A stretch of 64,000 bases of DNA, taken from contig CANREF010000005.1 of NCBI GenBank assembly GCA_947629575.1, positions 47,886 through 111,885 on the forward strand, written 5' to 3'. This DNA is from an uncultured Clostridia bacterium (GTDB lineage: Bacteria > Bacillota > Clostridia > Christensenellales > Borkfalkiaceae). The notes below the pieces were generated by a model, which saw nothing but the letters and a program-made list of their open reading frames with translations, did not search any database and had not been told where the DNA came from. Made by a program: the position numbers and the translations under genes. Position 1 is the stretch's first letter; the number at the start of each line of letters is the position of its first letter. Below, piece by piece: positions 26,476 to 36,018 of the stretch.

Positions 26476-29400
26476 CGTCTTCCTCATTCTTCTTTTTCTT
26501 TCTGCAGAAGACGGCTGCTCCCAGCCCGAGCGCAAGCGCCGAGATCCCGAAGCCGGAGACCACCGAACCGCAGCCCGACCCGCCTGCGCTTTCAAGCGCG
26601 TCCTTTGCCGCATTGAGCGCGTTGAGGGCGGCGTCTACCTGTTCCTGCGATACCGTGTTCGAAGCGACGATCTGCCGTGCGTATTCGAGCGCTTCCTCGA
26701 ATGCCGCATAACTTGCGGAGGAATATTGCGTCTCATCCAGCGCCGCAGCCTGTTCGATGGCTTCGTTGAGCGCCGTCTTGTCCGCCGCCCGTTTCAACCC
26801 CGATACGGCGTTTTCGAGCGCCGTCTTGGCGGCGTCGAGCTCTTCCTGCGTGGCGTCTTTATCCGCAAGGACCGCTTCCGCCTCTCCCTTTGCCTCGAGA
26901 TAGGCGTTGAAAGTGTCCGCCGTATAATCTTCCGCCTTATGGGGAAGGCCGTTTACAAGGGTTTGGAGCGCCGTCTTGTCTCCCCTCTTCACGAGGGCGT
27001 TCTGCTTTGCGGTGAGTTCGGCAAGCGCTTCGCCGACTGCATCCTGCGTGCTTTCGTCGTTTGCAAGCACCGCTTCCGCCTCTTCCAGCGCGGTCTGAAG
27101 TTCCGCCCAGCTCGAGGAAGTGTATTCCGCCTCGGCAAGCGCCCTTACGGCGGTGACCTTTTCGCTCAGAGCGGAGAAGTCTGCCTTTTCGACGAGCGCC
27201 TCAAATGCGGCGTTGAGTTGGGCAAGCGCCGTATCCACTTCGTCCTCGAGCGGTTCCGCTTTGTCGAGGATCGTCTTCGCGTTGGTGAGTTTTTCGTGGA
27301 AACTCGCCCAGCTTGCCGCCGTGTAAGCGGAGGATTGCGTCCCCTTCAACTCTTCGTAACGCGCCTGAAGCTGCGCCTTGTCGCCGAGCTTTTTCAGCTC
27401 CTCACACGCCGTTTTGAGGTCGGTGAGAGCTGCGTCCACCGCAGTCTGCGTGGCGTCCTCATTGCCCGCCACCGTCTGTGCGGCGGTGAGTTTTTCCTTC
27501 ATCGCGTCCCAGCTCGCCTTGGTGTAATCGTCCTGTTTGAGGGCGGTCGCCTTGGCGATCTCGGCGTTTAATTGGGTCTTGTCTCCGCGGTAGACGAGTT
27601 TTTCCTTCGCCCCTTCGAGCGCCGCCTTTGCCGCGTCCACTTCGCTCTGGAATACGAGCCGTTTGTCGTTCACTTCCCGCGCAGCCTCAAGGGCAGCGGA
27701 AAGAGCGGTCTGCGAATCGGTGACGAGCTTGTCGCTTTGGATCGCCGCGAGCTCTTCGATCAGGGCGTTGAGTTCGCTCTTGTCCGCCGCGGGCGCGACG
27801 GTGACCTTGATCTTCAGAAGCGCGTAAACATCCGACCATTCGTCCCCTTCACAAGAGAAGGTAAATACATAATCTCCCGCAACGGTCGGTTGATAGTTCT
27901 CGCAAGTCCACGTGCCCGTAAGCGTCCCCTTGTTTCCTTCCCTATCTTCCACATTGACGGTGGCGGGAAGTGCGAGATCTGCCTGCGAAGAGCCGTTGGG
28001 AACGGTCTTATTTGCGTCGATATCCGCCTTTACGATCGCCTTTTCGGCGGTGGGATAGCCCTCTTCCGGGATCTCTTTCCCCTCTTGTTCGTGCGACCAA
28101 ACCTGAACTTCTTCCCACATGGAGGCGAAATCGCCGTTTCTGACTTCTTTTCCGTAGACGCGGATATATCTCGCCTGTACAGGCTCGAAGGTGAATTCCT
28201 TGTATCCTATGAACCATTCGTCCGCTGTTTTGGGAACATTTTCAACATTATCCCATCCTCCGCCATATCCGTAGTTGCTGAATACGGTGTAGTTGCCCGA
28301 GGAGAAGTCCTCCGTTGTGGAGAGTTGAATGATCGCCTGATGCTCCCAATCGTGGAAGAGTTTCACCTTCACCTTGTCAACCGTGTACTCCGATAAAAGG
28401 TCGATATACAACCATGCGGCTGTCGTCTTTGTCCCCATAACATTGTTGGGGTCTTCGCCACCGTCCGTTACCTTCGCCATCGTTGCGCTCCCCAATATGG
28501 ATTCCGGAACTGCGCCATCCACCCTGGCGACCTTACCGAGAGCGACGTTCTCTGCCTTTTGTTCGTACGCCTCGTCGGGTTTTGCCGCAGTGTAGACCTG
28601 AACCTCTTCCCACATGGATCTGGAGTCGGACTCATTTGTTACCTGATACGACCAAACGCGGATATAGCGCGCCTCAACGGGCTTGAACGTAAATTCACGG
28701 AAACCGCCATACCACTCGTCGGCGGTCATGGGAACAAAGTCAACGCCTTCCCAAATGCCAGACCCCTTTCCGTAGTTGCTGAATACGGTATAGTTGCCCG
28801 AGGAGAAGTCCTCCGTCGTGGAGAGCTGGATGATCGCGCCGAACGCCCAGTCGTGCCAAAGTTTTACTTTCACGGTGTCAACGCGGTACAGCGCACCGAG
28901 GTCTATGTGAAGCCATGCGGCCGTATTTTTCGTCCCCATAACATTGTTGGGATCCTCGGCGCCGTCCGTTACCTTCGCTATCGTTGTAGAGGGGTCTCCC
29001 TGAAGAATCGTCGGCTCTGCACCTTTCACGGTGGGAATTTTTCCGAGAGCGACATTGTGCACCGATTCTTTCATATCGTATTTGAGTTCGGAGACCATGG
29101 AGCGCGAGCCGTCCTCGGTGATCGCGATCGCGCGGATATACGCCTTGAACGTGCCGAGCGTGGAGAGCTTGATGGGCTGGGTGTATTCGGTCGATTTCTC
29201 GGAAGGGAACTTCCCGTCCGTCGTATAATAGACCTTCGCACCCTCCGTCGCCGTCTTCAACTCAACGGAAGCGCTGCGGTTTGCCTTCCCCGCGGCGATG
29301 TTTGAAGTGACGGGCATCACGCCGCTCGTCACGGCATACACTTCGATCTCCGAAAAGCGCGTCTGTCCCTCGGTGGTGGAATAGCCCGAAACGCGGACGT

Positions 29401-29953
29401 ATCTTCCGTAGACGGGAGAGAACTGCGTGACCGTAATCTTGTTTACGATGTCCAAATAGTCGATGTTCTCGCCGTAGCCCTGCCCCATCAAGTTTTGGAC
29501 ATCGTTGTTAAACACGGTCACCGCGTCCGAGAAGTCGGCTTGCGTCGCCACCTGCATGACGATCCCGCCGTAATAGTGGTCGTTCCAGAAGCTCGTCCCG
29601 ATCGACGTGATCGTATGATCCTCGCCGAGGTCGATGACGGCGAAGGCGCGGAGATACGCCCCGGTTTCGTGATCCTTGACTTCGATGATGTCGTGCCCCG
29701 CGCCGGGCTCGCAGTTCCCGTCGGTGAGCGCATACATGGTAAGCGGTGTGCCCTGCAAACTGAGGAGATCCTCCTGTGCGATCGGAGCGCCGTCTTTATC
29801 GGTGAAGGACGCGATCTTCCCACGCGCCACATTCTCCGTCTGTGCAGTAACATCTTCGTGCGAGACCTCCGCATAGGCAGCGACGCCCCCCGTGCCGAAG
29901 CCGAGAACGGCGATCGCCAACATGGAGATCAACAAGTACTTGCTTTTCATCAT
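26462..29953 (-). CDS. membrane-anchored surface protein with three F5/8 type C (discoidin) domains, CHB_HEX_C-like and Big_4-like domains, and a long FIVAR repeat stalk
   Basis: 1163 aa. Signal MMKSKYLLISMLAIAVLGFGTGGVAAYA. There are two nearly duplicated discoidin modules (…KVTDGAEDPNNVMGTKNTAAWLHIDL… and …KVTDGGEDPNNVMGTKTTAAWLYIDL…) and at least 6 repeats of the type YT.ASW..F…L..A..IL…T.Q.EVD.A…L. Tail: SGCGSVVSGFGISALALGLGAAVFCRKKKKNEEDDEEK. Confidence 0.8.
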   Translation of the reverse strand: MMKSKYLLISMLAIAVLGFGTGGVAAYAEVSHEDVTAQTENVARGKIASFTDKDGAPIAQEDLLSLQGTPLTMYALTDGNCEPGAGHDIIEVKDHETGAYLRAFAVIDLGEDHTITSIGTSFWNDHYYGGIVMQVATQADFSDAVTVFNNDVQNLMGQGYGENIDYLDIVNKITVTQFSPVYGRYVRVSGYSTTEGQTRFSEIEVYAVTSGVMPVTSNIAAGKANRSASVELKTATEGAKVYYTTDGKFPSEKSTEYTQPIKLSTLGTFKAYIRAIAITEDGSRSMVSELKYDMKESVHNVALGKIPTVKGAEPTILQGDPSTTIAKVTDGAEDPNNVMGTKNTAAWLHIDLGALYRVDTVKVKLWHDWAFGAIIQLSTTEDFSSGNYTVFSNYGKGSGIWEGVDFVPMTADEWYGGFREFTFKPVEARYIRVWSYQVTNESDSRSMWEEVQVYTAAKPDEAYEQKAENVALGKVARVDGAVPESILGSATMAKVTDGGEDPNNVMGTKTTAAWLYIDLLSEYTVDKVKVKLFHDWEHQAIIQLSTTEDFSSGNYTVFSNYGYGGGWDNVENVPKTADEWFIGYKEFTFEPVQARYIRVYGKEVRNGDFASMWEEVQVWSHEQEGKEIPEEGYPTAEKAIVKADIDANKTVPNGSSQADLALPATVNVEDREGNKGTLTGTWTCENYQPTVAGDYVFTFSCEGDEWSDVYALLKIKVTVAPAADKSELNALIEELAAIQSDKLVTDSQTALSAALEAAREVNDKRLVFQSEVDAAKAALEGAKEKLVYRGDKTQLNAEIAKATALKQDDYTKASWDAMKEKLTAAQTVAGNEDATQTAVDAALTDLKTACEELKKLGDKAQLQARYEELKGTQSSAYTAASWASFHEKLTNAKTILDKAEPLEDEVDTALAQLNAAFEALVEKADFSALSEKVTAVRALAEAEYTSSSWAELQTALEEAEAVLANDESTQDAVGEALAELTAKQNALVKRGDKTALQTLVNGLPHKAEDYTADTFNAYLEAKGEAEAVLADKDATQEELDAAKTALENAVSGLKRAADKTALNEAIEQAAALDETQYSSASYAAFEEALEYARQIVASNTVSQEQVDAALNALNAAKDALESAGGSGCGSVVSGFGISALALGLGAAVFCRKKKKNEEDDEEK

Positions 29954-29980
29954 TTCAATTCCTCCTTATTTTTTCGTTTT

Positions 29981-32161
29981 TTATTTTTCCTGTTTACCCG
30001 CTTTTCTCTTTTTGAGAAAGCGCCACAAAAACCATCCGCCCGCGACCGCCGCGCCGCCGATCACCGCGCCCACGGCAAGATACATCACAAGCATCCACGG
30101 GCTTTGATCGGGCTCTACCTTTACCGCACGGAAGGTGACGGTAAAGGAAACGCTCTCGTAGTGTTCGCCGTCTTCGGGAACGAATTCGACTTCCGCCGTG
30201 TTCTTCCCCTCCGTTACGGCGGCGTTGGCGTCCTTCCACACATAGCCCTCGGGAAGCGGCACTGCGGAAAGTTTCATGTCCTCTTCATAGGTCACATTGT
30301 GGACCTCGGGAGCGGAAGCCGCGGGCTTCGCCTTGGCATAGGTGAGTTCGATCTCCCCGTATACGGGCGCATAGATGCTCTCGGAGGGAGTGAATACCCA
30401 ATGGTAGGTGCTCTTGCCGATCTTCGGCGTTTCGCCCTCCGCATAGGCGACTGTGCCCGCAACGGGCGCGTCCGCCTGCAGCGTCGGAAGGGGGTCGCCG
30501 TACACGAGCGACGTCTTCTCCGCCGTAACGCCGCCGAGCACGAAGTCGTTTTTCACGGAGAGTTTTACGTTTATCTTTTGAGCGCCGAGGGTGGCGACGA
30601 CCGTCGTCTCCCCGGCTGCCTTTGCCTTCAGCACGCCGTCCTCTATCTCCGCAAGGGCGTCGTTTATCACGACCCATGCGGGCGCGGTATGGTTGGTATA
30701 AGTGAGGGGAAGCTCCTCTCCTATCTTCAGCTCGATCCCCTCCGCGCCATAGGGAATGGTGAGCGTTTCATCGAGGTCGGCTACGATCTTATCGTAGATC
30801 GCACGGGCGATGAGACTGTAGCCCAAGGGGTCGAAGTGGATCCCGTCGAACAGATGGGAGCTGTCGAGATCCTTGGTCGCCGCGTTGGCGTCGATCACCC
30901 CTAAGCCGTTCTCTTCGGCGATAATGGGTACATATTTGCGCGCACGGGTCGCGATCATCTCCTCGGTCAGATGGGAAAGATCGGTATTGCGGTAGGTGGG
31001 AGGGATCACGAGGTAGATCGTCGCGTCGGGATTCCCCTCTTTCAGTCCGTCGATGACTTCCTGATAGCCTTCGCGGAAGAGCTGCGCTCCCGCCTCTTCG
31101 TCCGTTCCCCAATAACCGCCCGTCGTCTGCGAATCGTTAGTGCCGAGCATGATATAGATGATATCCGCCCTGTATTTCTTCGCCATCTCGTACTCGGCGG
31201 AGGGAAGCGAAGTAGAGCCGTCGGCATACATCACGCAAGAACCGCTCCCCGTGATCGCCGTTCTGCCGCCGAGCCCAAAGTTCCGCACATCGTAGTTATC
31301 GCCGAGCAATTTCTGTAAAAATCCGGGCGTCGTATTGTTTGCGTCGAATCCGTTCTGTCCGCTGCCGAAGGTCAGGCTGTCCCCCACGCAGGCGACGCGG
31401 GTCACGCCTTCCCCGGGAAGAATATCCTTGGGATCTCCGTCCGCGTCCAGAAGGGTGAGGGTGAGATCGTCGAAACAGCCCGTATCCTTCACCGCCTGCA
31501 GCCCCATGAATCCGATGCCGCCGCCCGCCGTCAATTCGATGACGGGATCGCCGTCCACCTTCATCGTATAGTCGTCGTTCAAACAGCGCACAGAGAGGCT
31601 GTGCTCCGCCGTAGCGTCATAGGAAGCGAGGGTGCGTTTTTTGATGCCGAGCGCGTCGGTATCGCCCATGCTGCGATAGTCGCCCTGCATGGTCGCCTCG
31701 CCCGAGGAAGTGACGAACACGCCGTGGCCGTATTCCCTGAAGGAAGTGGCCGCCGCCCCGCGCGAAGAGACGCCCTTCCGCCGCACTTTGGAAAGAAGCG
31801 CCAGATATCCGTCACCGCCCGAAGAGGTGTAGCTCGCAGACATCTCATAGCTCTGCAAGCCGTAGTCCTTCAGAATGAGGGTACTGTAACCGTCGGCGCG
31901 CGTGCTATACAGTTTCCCGTCGCGGATCTCCCAATAGTCGTCGAAGTCGACGGGGGTCGCATTCTCTCCGTCCGCACTGTAATAGGCGTCGAAGAGGTCC
32001 GCGTCGGAGGCGTCCGAAAATTCCACCTTCAACTGCTTGACATCCGCCTCCGCGGCAAGCGTGGGCGTCGGGCGCAAGCCGTACCCGATACAAAGGGACA
32101 GCGCCGCAAGAACGCTCGCCGTAAGAACGGTCGTTACCTTTTTTTCCATGGCTTTTTTCAT
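29981..32161 (-). CDS. membrane-anchored SGNH/GDSL-family esterase with an N-terminal LamG/DUF1080-like module and Ig-like domains
   Basis: 726 aa with a signal peptide. SGNH blocks: VACVGDSLTFGSG, GLGGRT, IMLGTNDS, DGIHFDPLGY. C-terminal TM plus FLKKRKAGKQEK. Confidence 0.8.
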   Translation of the reverse strand: MKKAMEKKVTTVLTASVLAALSLCIGYGLRPTPTLAAEADVKQLKVEFSDASDADLFDAYYSADGENATPVDFDDYWEIRDGKLYSTRADGYSTLILKDYGLQSYEMSASYTSSGGDGYLALLSKVRRKGVSSRGAAATSFREYGHGVFVTSSGEATMQGDYRSMGDTDALGIKKRTLASYDATAEHSLSVRCLNDDYTMKVDGDPVIELTAGGGIGFMGLQAVKDTGCFDDLTLTLLDADGDPKDILPGEGVTRVACVGDSLTFGSGQNGFDANNTTPGFLQKLLGDNYDVRNFGLGGRTAITGSGSCVMYADGSTSLPSAEYEMAKKYRADIIYIMLGTNDSQTTGGYWGTDEEAGAQLFREGYQEVIDGLKEGNPDATIYLVIPPTYRNTDLSHLTEEMIATRARKYVPIIAEENGLGVIDANAATKDLDSSHLFDGIHFDPLGYSLIARAIYDKIVADLDETLTIPYGAEGIELKIGEELPLTYTNHTAPAWVVINDALAEIEDGVLKAKAAGETTVVATLGAQKINVKLSVKNDFVLGGVTAEKTSLVYGDPLPTLQADAPVAGTVAYAEGETPKIGKSTYHWVFTPSESIYAPVYGEIELTYAKAKPAASAPEVHNVTYEEDMKLSAVPLPEGYVWKDANAAVTEGKNTAEVEFVPEDGEHYESVSFTVTFRAVKVEPDQSPWMLVMYLAVGAVIGGAAVAGGWFLWRFLKKRKAGKQEK

Positions 32162-32179
32162 TTCGTTCTCCTTTTTTGC

Positions 32180-32217
32180 ATTATAACATGTTCATTCTTT
32201 CCATACAATGGTAAATT
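32180..32217 (-). promoter_or_regulatory. promoter P1 of the surface-protein operon, with upstream box AATTTACCATT
   Basis: Minus strand: AATTTACCATT, 21 nt, then TATAAT, with ATGT directly preceding the -10 (extended -10). TTGTAT sits at -35 with a 17-nt spacer, and an AGGAGA SD precedes the ATG at 32161. Confidence 0.55.
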
Positions 32218-32250
32218 CGTACACAATTTTTTATTCTATCCCAAAGAAGA

Positions 32251-32892
32251 CTACTGAGTTTGGGAAACGCGCACAAGCAATTCGCGGAATGTGTTCAAAC
32301 GGATCTTTGCGTCGGGAGAAGCCGCCGCCGAGGCGATCCCCGCGGAGATGAATCCGCCCGCATTCGCCGCCTCTATGCCCGCCTGCGCGTCCTCCACCAC
32401 GAGACAATCCCGCGGGGCTTCTCCCAGCATCGCGGCAGCCTTCAGGAAGACTTCGGGGTCTGGCTTGGAGCGGGTGATATTGTTGCCGTCCGAGACCGCG
32501 TCAAAGAAATCGGCGAGCGCGGTCTGTTCCAAAATGGTGCGGGCGTTCTTGCTGGAAGAGCCGACGGCAAGTTTCAGTCCCCTCCGTCTCAGCTCTGAAA
32601 GCGTTTCAAGCACCTCAAAAGAGACATCCGCGGGGCGAAGCGTCTTCAGCAGTTCGCGGTAGGCGGCGTTCTTTTCCTCCGCAAGCGCGACTTTTTCCTC
32701 TGCGGTATAGGAATTCTCGCCGAGCACGATCTCGAGGGACTGCATGCGGCTCACGCCGCGCAATCTTTCGTTGATCTTCCTGTCGAACGGCAGACACAAA
32801 TGGTCGGCGAGTTTTTTCCATGCTCTGTAATGCAGTTCGTCGGTGTGTACGAGAACACCGTCCAAATCGAAGATGATCGCTCTCGGTTTCAT
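32251..32892 (-). CDS. pgmB: beta-phosphoglucomutase (HAD-IA)
   Basis: 213 aa: AIIFDLDGVLVHTDELHY…RLRGVSRMQSLEIVL…KPDPEVFLKAA…VVEDAQAGIEAANAGG. The ATG overlaps the GH65 stop (ATGA). Confidence 0.88.
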   Translation of the reverse strand: MKPRAIIFDLDGVLVHTDELHYRAWKKLADHLCLPFDRKINERLRGVSRMQSLEIVLGENSYTAEEKVALAEEKNAAYRELLKTLRPADVSFEVLETLSELRRRGLKLAVGSSSKNARTILEQTALADFFDAVSDGNNITRSKPDPEVFLKAAAMLGEAPRDCLVVEDAQAGIEAANAGGFISAGIASAAASPDAKIRLNTFRELLVRVSQTQ

Positions 32893-35186
32893 TGTTTGTT
32901 TTCCATGACCCTTTCATTCTCGAGCACGAAGCATTCCCCGCAATGCTCGATGGTGAGCGGCGCGCCCGCCGTCAAACGGTAGACGGTCTCTTGGGGAGTT
33001 ACCCCGATCTCGAGCGCACTGCCGCGGAATTTGAGGCGGAAGGTATAGCGCTTCCACTTCTCGTCGCAATAGGGTTTGAAGTGCATCTTGCCGTCGTAGA
33101 TGCGCAGCCCCGCATAGCCGTTTACGAGCATCATCCAGCATGCCCCCATACAAGCGGCATGCAGCCCGAAATAGGTATTCTTGTTCACGTTATCGAGATC
33201 CATCCGCGCGGCCTGTTTGAGATAGCCGTAAGCCTCGCCGTAGTAGCCGATATCGCACGCCACGATGGAGTGGATGCTGCTGGAGAGCGAGCTGTCGTGA
33301 ATGGTGAGAGGCTCGTAGGTATCGAAGATCTTCTTGCGCATTTCGGGGGTGAATTCCTCATGACGGAGGAAGGTCAATAGGACGATATCCGCCTGTTTAC
33401 ATACCTTATAGCGCCAAAGATTGAGCGGATGCAGTGTGACGAGAAGGGGCAGTTTTTCGGGGGGGATGCTCTCGATGTCGATGGGATCTTTACTGAGGAA
33501 ATTGTCATCCTGCATATACATCTCGTTTTCCTCATCCCATGCGAGATACATATTGTCCGCCGCACGGCGGAGGCGGGCGAATTCCCCGTCGCTGTAATGG
33601 CACTTTTTCACGAGCGCCTCATACTGCGCGGGGCGCTTTGAGCGGAGCTTTTCCATCGTCTCCAAGGTAAATTTGAACAGCAGCCGCGTGAGCATGTTTG
33701 TATACAGGTTGTTATCGACGATCGGATTATATTCGTCCGGACCGCACACGACATTGAGGCAGAACTTTCCCCCCTTCCGCTCGATGAAATTCCCGCGGTG
33801 GGAGAGACACATAGACGTTTCGAGCAAGATCTCGGCGCACTTGTCGAAGAGGAATTCCTCATCCTGCGTCGCTTCGTAATATTTATAGATGGAATAGCCA
33901 ACGTCGGCGTTGATGTGATACTGCGCCGTTACCGCCTCGAACACATGCCCGCACTCCTCGCCGTTGGTGGAATTCCACGCATACAGCGCACCGGGATGTT
34001 CCATTTCGCGCGCGCGTTCCCGCGCTTTATCGAGGATATTGTAGCGGTATTCGATGAGCTTTTTCGTGAGCTCGGGATGGGTATAGAGGAGCATCGGCTC
34101 CATGAATATCTCGGTGTCCCAAAAATAGTGCCCGCTGTAAGCGGTGCCCGTGAGCCCGTTTGCGGAGATGTTCGTAATGCCGTCTCTGCCCACCGATTGA
34201 TAGATGTTGAAGATGCCGTAGCGGATGCCCTGCTGAATGAGTTCGTCCCCATCGATGCAGACATCCGAATCTTTCCAGAATTCCCTCCACGCCGAAACGT
34301 TCCCGTCATAGAGGGCGTCGTATCCCCTTTCCGCAAAGGTCTCCGCCATTTGCTCGGCGGTCTCGCGCAGCGGGTCAAACTCTCTGTCCGTCCCATAGAC
34401 GATGAAGCGGTCGAGCCGCACGCTCTCCCCTTCCCCCAAGGCGGCGGAATAAGTTGCCGCTGCGCTCTCCTTGCGCAGCGTATTTTTACGGGCGGCGTTC
34501 GCGCGTTCCGCCACGGCGCAGACGATCTTAAAGCCGCTGCGGAGGGTAGAATAGGTGACGCTCCTCGTCCCACCGCGGGCGTGCGCCGTGCCCGCCTCAT
34601 AGATCTTTCCGCTGCTCGAGCCGATCTCCGCCTTCCCCGTCGTACTGCCGGCGGGCATGGAGAGCGTGCTCACAATGCGGACGGACATCGCGCTGCGGCA
34701 ATTCACCTGCACGCTCGTGACGAGCAGATGCTTTTCCCGCTGATGGGCGAAACGGGTAAATACGAGCTCTGCGCTCTTCCCGCTCTGCGTCGTATAGACG
34801 AACTTGCGGACAAGGGTGTCGTCCCGCATATCGAGCGTACGCGAATACTCTTGGGAATTCTCCGCAGACGCCCGTTCACCGTCCAGAAAGACCTGTACGT
34901 CTACGGGATCTGCCTGCCCGACAATGGCATGATATTTGCCCGGGAAACCTGGTCTCTGCCAGATATGATGGTAGTCGAAATATTCGTAGACGCCGTTGAG
35001 CATGGTGGTGCGGTCGGATTCGGCGTTTGTTCCCTCTTCAAAGAAGCCGCGCAGACCGATATATCCGTTCGCGACATTGAAGATGGATTCGTTGACTTTG
35101 TTGCGATCCCCTTCAAACTTGTGCTCTACGATCTGAAAGCCGTGCGGTTCAAAGAGCACGGGAAGATCCCGATGTACTTTTCTCAT
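32889..35186 (-). CDS. glycoside hydrolase family 65 alpha-glucoside phosphorylase (specificity unknown)
   Basis: The track ORF starts at a GTG (35207). It is trimmed here to ATG 35186, which has GAGGAGG upstream. 765 aa with GH65 hallmarks: GHYFWDTEIFM, CGPDEYNPIVDNNLYTN. It is paired with beta-PGM. Confidence 0.85.
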   Translation of the reverse strand: MRKVHRDLPVLFEPHGFQIVEHKFEGDRNKVNESIFNVANGYIGLRGFFEEGTNAESDRTTMLNGVYEYFDYHHIWQRPGFPGKYHAIVGQADPVDVQVFLDGERASAENSQEYSRTLDMRDDTLVRKFVYTTQSGKSAELVFTRFAHQREKHLLVTSVQVNCRSAMSVRIVSTLSMPAGSTTGKAEIGSSSGKIYEAGTAHARGGTRSVTYSTLRSGFKIVCAVAERANAARKNTLRKESAAATYSAALGEGESVRLDRFIVYGTDREFDPLRETAEQMAETFAERGYDALYDGNVSAWREFWKDSDVCIDGDELIQQGIRYGIFNIYQSVGRDGITNISANGLTGTAYSGHYFWDTEIFMEPMLLYTHPELTKKLIEYRYNILDKARERAREMEHPGALYAWNSTNGEECGHVFEAVTAQYHINADVGYSIYKYYEATQDEEFLFDKCAEILLETSMCLSHRGNFIERKGGKFCLNVVCGPDEYNPIVDNNLYTNMLTRLLFKFTLETMEKLRSKRPAQYEALVKKCHYSDGEFARLRRAADNMYLAWDEENEMYMQDDNFLSKDPIDIESIPPEKLPLLVTLHPLNLWRYKVCKQADIVLLTFLRHEEFTPEMRKKIFDTYEPLTIHDSSLSSSIHSIVACDIGYYGEAYGYLKQAARMDLDNVNKNTYFGLHAACMGACWMMLVNGYAGLRIYDGKMHFKPYCDEKWKRYTFRLKFRGSALEIGVTPQETVYRLTAGAPLTIEHCGECFVLENERVMENKQ

Positions 35187-35196
35187 GATTTCCTCC

Positions 35197-36018
35197 TCAT
35201 TCGGCACTCTCGCCCCTGCGCGTTTCGCGGTATTCCTTGGGGGTGACGTTGAAAAATCTGCGGAAGGTGGTGTAAAAATTCTTGATGTCGCCGAAGCCGA
35301 CGCGGTGGCTGATCTCTGCGATCGGCAGATCGGTGTCGAGCAGATAGCGGCACGCCTGCTCCATGCGGTAACGGAGAAGATATTCCATCACGCTCGTGGA
35401 GCGGTTCTTGCGGAAGATGCGCTGCAAATAGGCGGGATAGAGCCCCACCGCATCGGCGATATCCTTGAGCATGATCTTGTCCATATAGTGCTCCTGGATG
35501 AAGTCGATGGTGCGCTGGATATAGTCGGAGGCAAACTTTTTCTTGCGTCTGACGAGATCCTTTCCGCGCGATTTGATCGTCTTTTCGATAAAACATAGGT
35601 TGATGAGGTTTCTGACGAGAAGGGAGAGGACATATTCGCTCGAAGATTCCAGCTTATACTCCCGCTCTATCATCTCCACCAACCTATCGTAATGGAGTTC
35701 CCTCGAGGAGAATATCTCCTCGGGCGGGGGGAATTCCACATCCGCAAACAATTCGCGGCTGCAGACGATATTGATGATGCAGAAGTCCTTTTCATCGCAG
35801 ACGGGACGGATGCTGTGTTCGGAGGCAGTGGCGATCACAAACAGATCGCCCGCACGGATCTTGAGGTCTCGTCCGTCGATATTGTGGATCGCCTCGCCGC
35901 TTTTGACGTAGACGATCTCGATGAAATTGTGTCTGTGCTTGAGCACCGATTCATAGCCGACGCTCTCGACGACGATGATGTTTCTATCGACGTCGAACAT
36001 TTTAATATCGAATATCAC
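35197..36018 (-). CDS. AraC-family transcriptional regulator (cupin sensor plus HTH)
   Basis: 273 aa. The cupin-like N-terminus is HRHNFIEIVYVKSGEAIHNIDG. The C-terminus is …LKDIADAVGLYPAYLQRIFRK…IAEISHRVGFGDIKNFYTTFRRFFNVTPKEYR. The start is either GTG 36018, overlapping the upstream stop (GTGA), or ATG 36000. Confidence 0.88.
   Translation of the reverse strand: MIFDIKMFDVDRNIIVVESVGYESVLKHRHNFIEIVYVKSGEAIHNIDGRDLKIRAGDLFVIATASEHSIRPVCDEKDFCIINIVCSRELFADVEFPPPEEIFSSRELHYDRLVEMIEREYKLESSSEYVLSLLVRNLINLCFIEKTIKSRGKDLVRRKKKFASDYIQRTIDFIQEHYMDKIMLKDIADAVGLYPAYLQRIFRKNRSTSVMEYLLRYRMEQACRYLLDTDLPIAEISHRVGFGDIKNFYTTFRRFFNVTPKEYRETRRGESAE

Noticed and set aside
24064-26616. 850-aa plus-strand ORF antisense to the surface-protein paralogue
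   Set aside because: It has no SD, start context or domain signatures, and its composition is Arg/Gly/Val/Asp-rich. The minus-strand frame has a signal peptide, recognisable domains and a paralogue. The same reasoning applies to 20854..22188 and 26438..27571.
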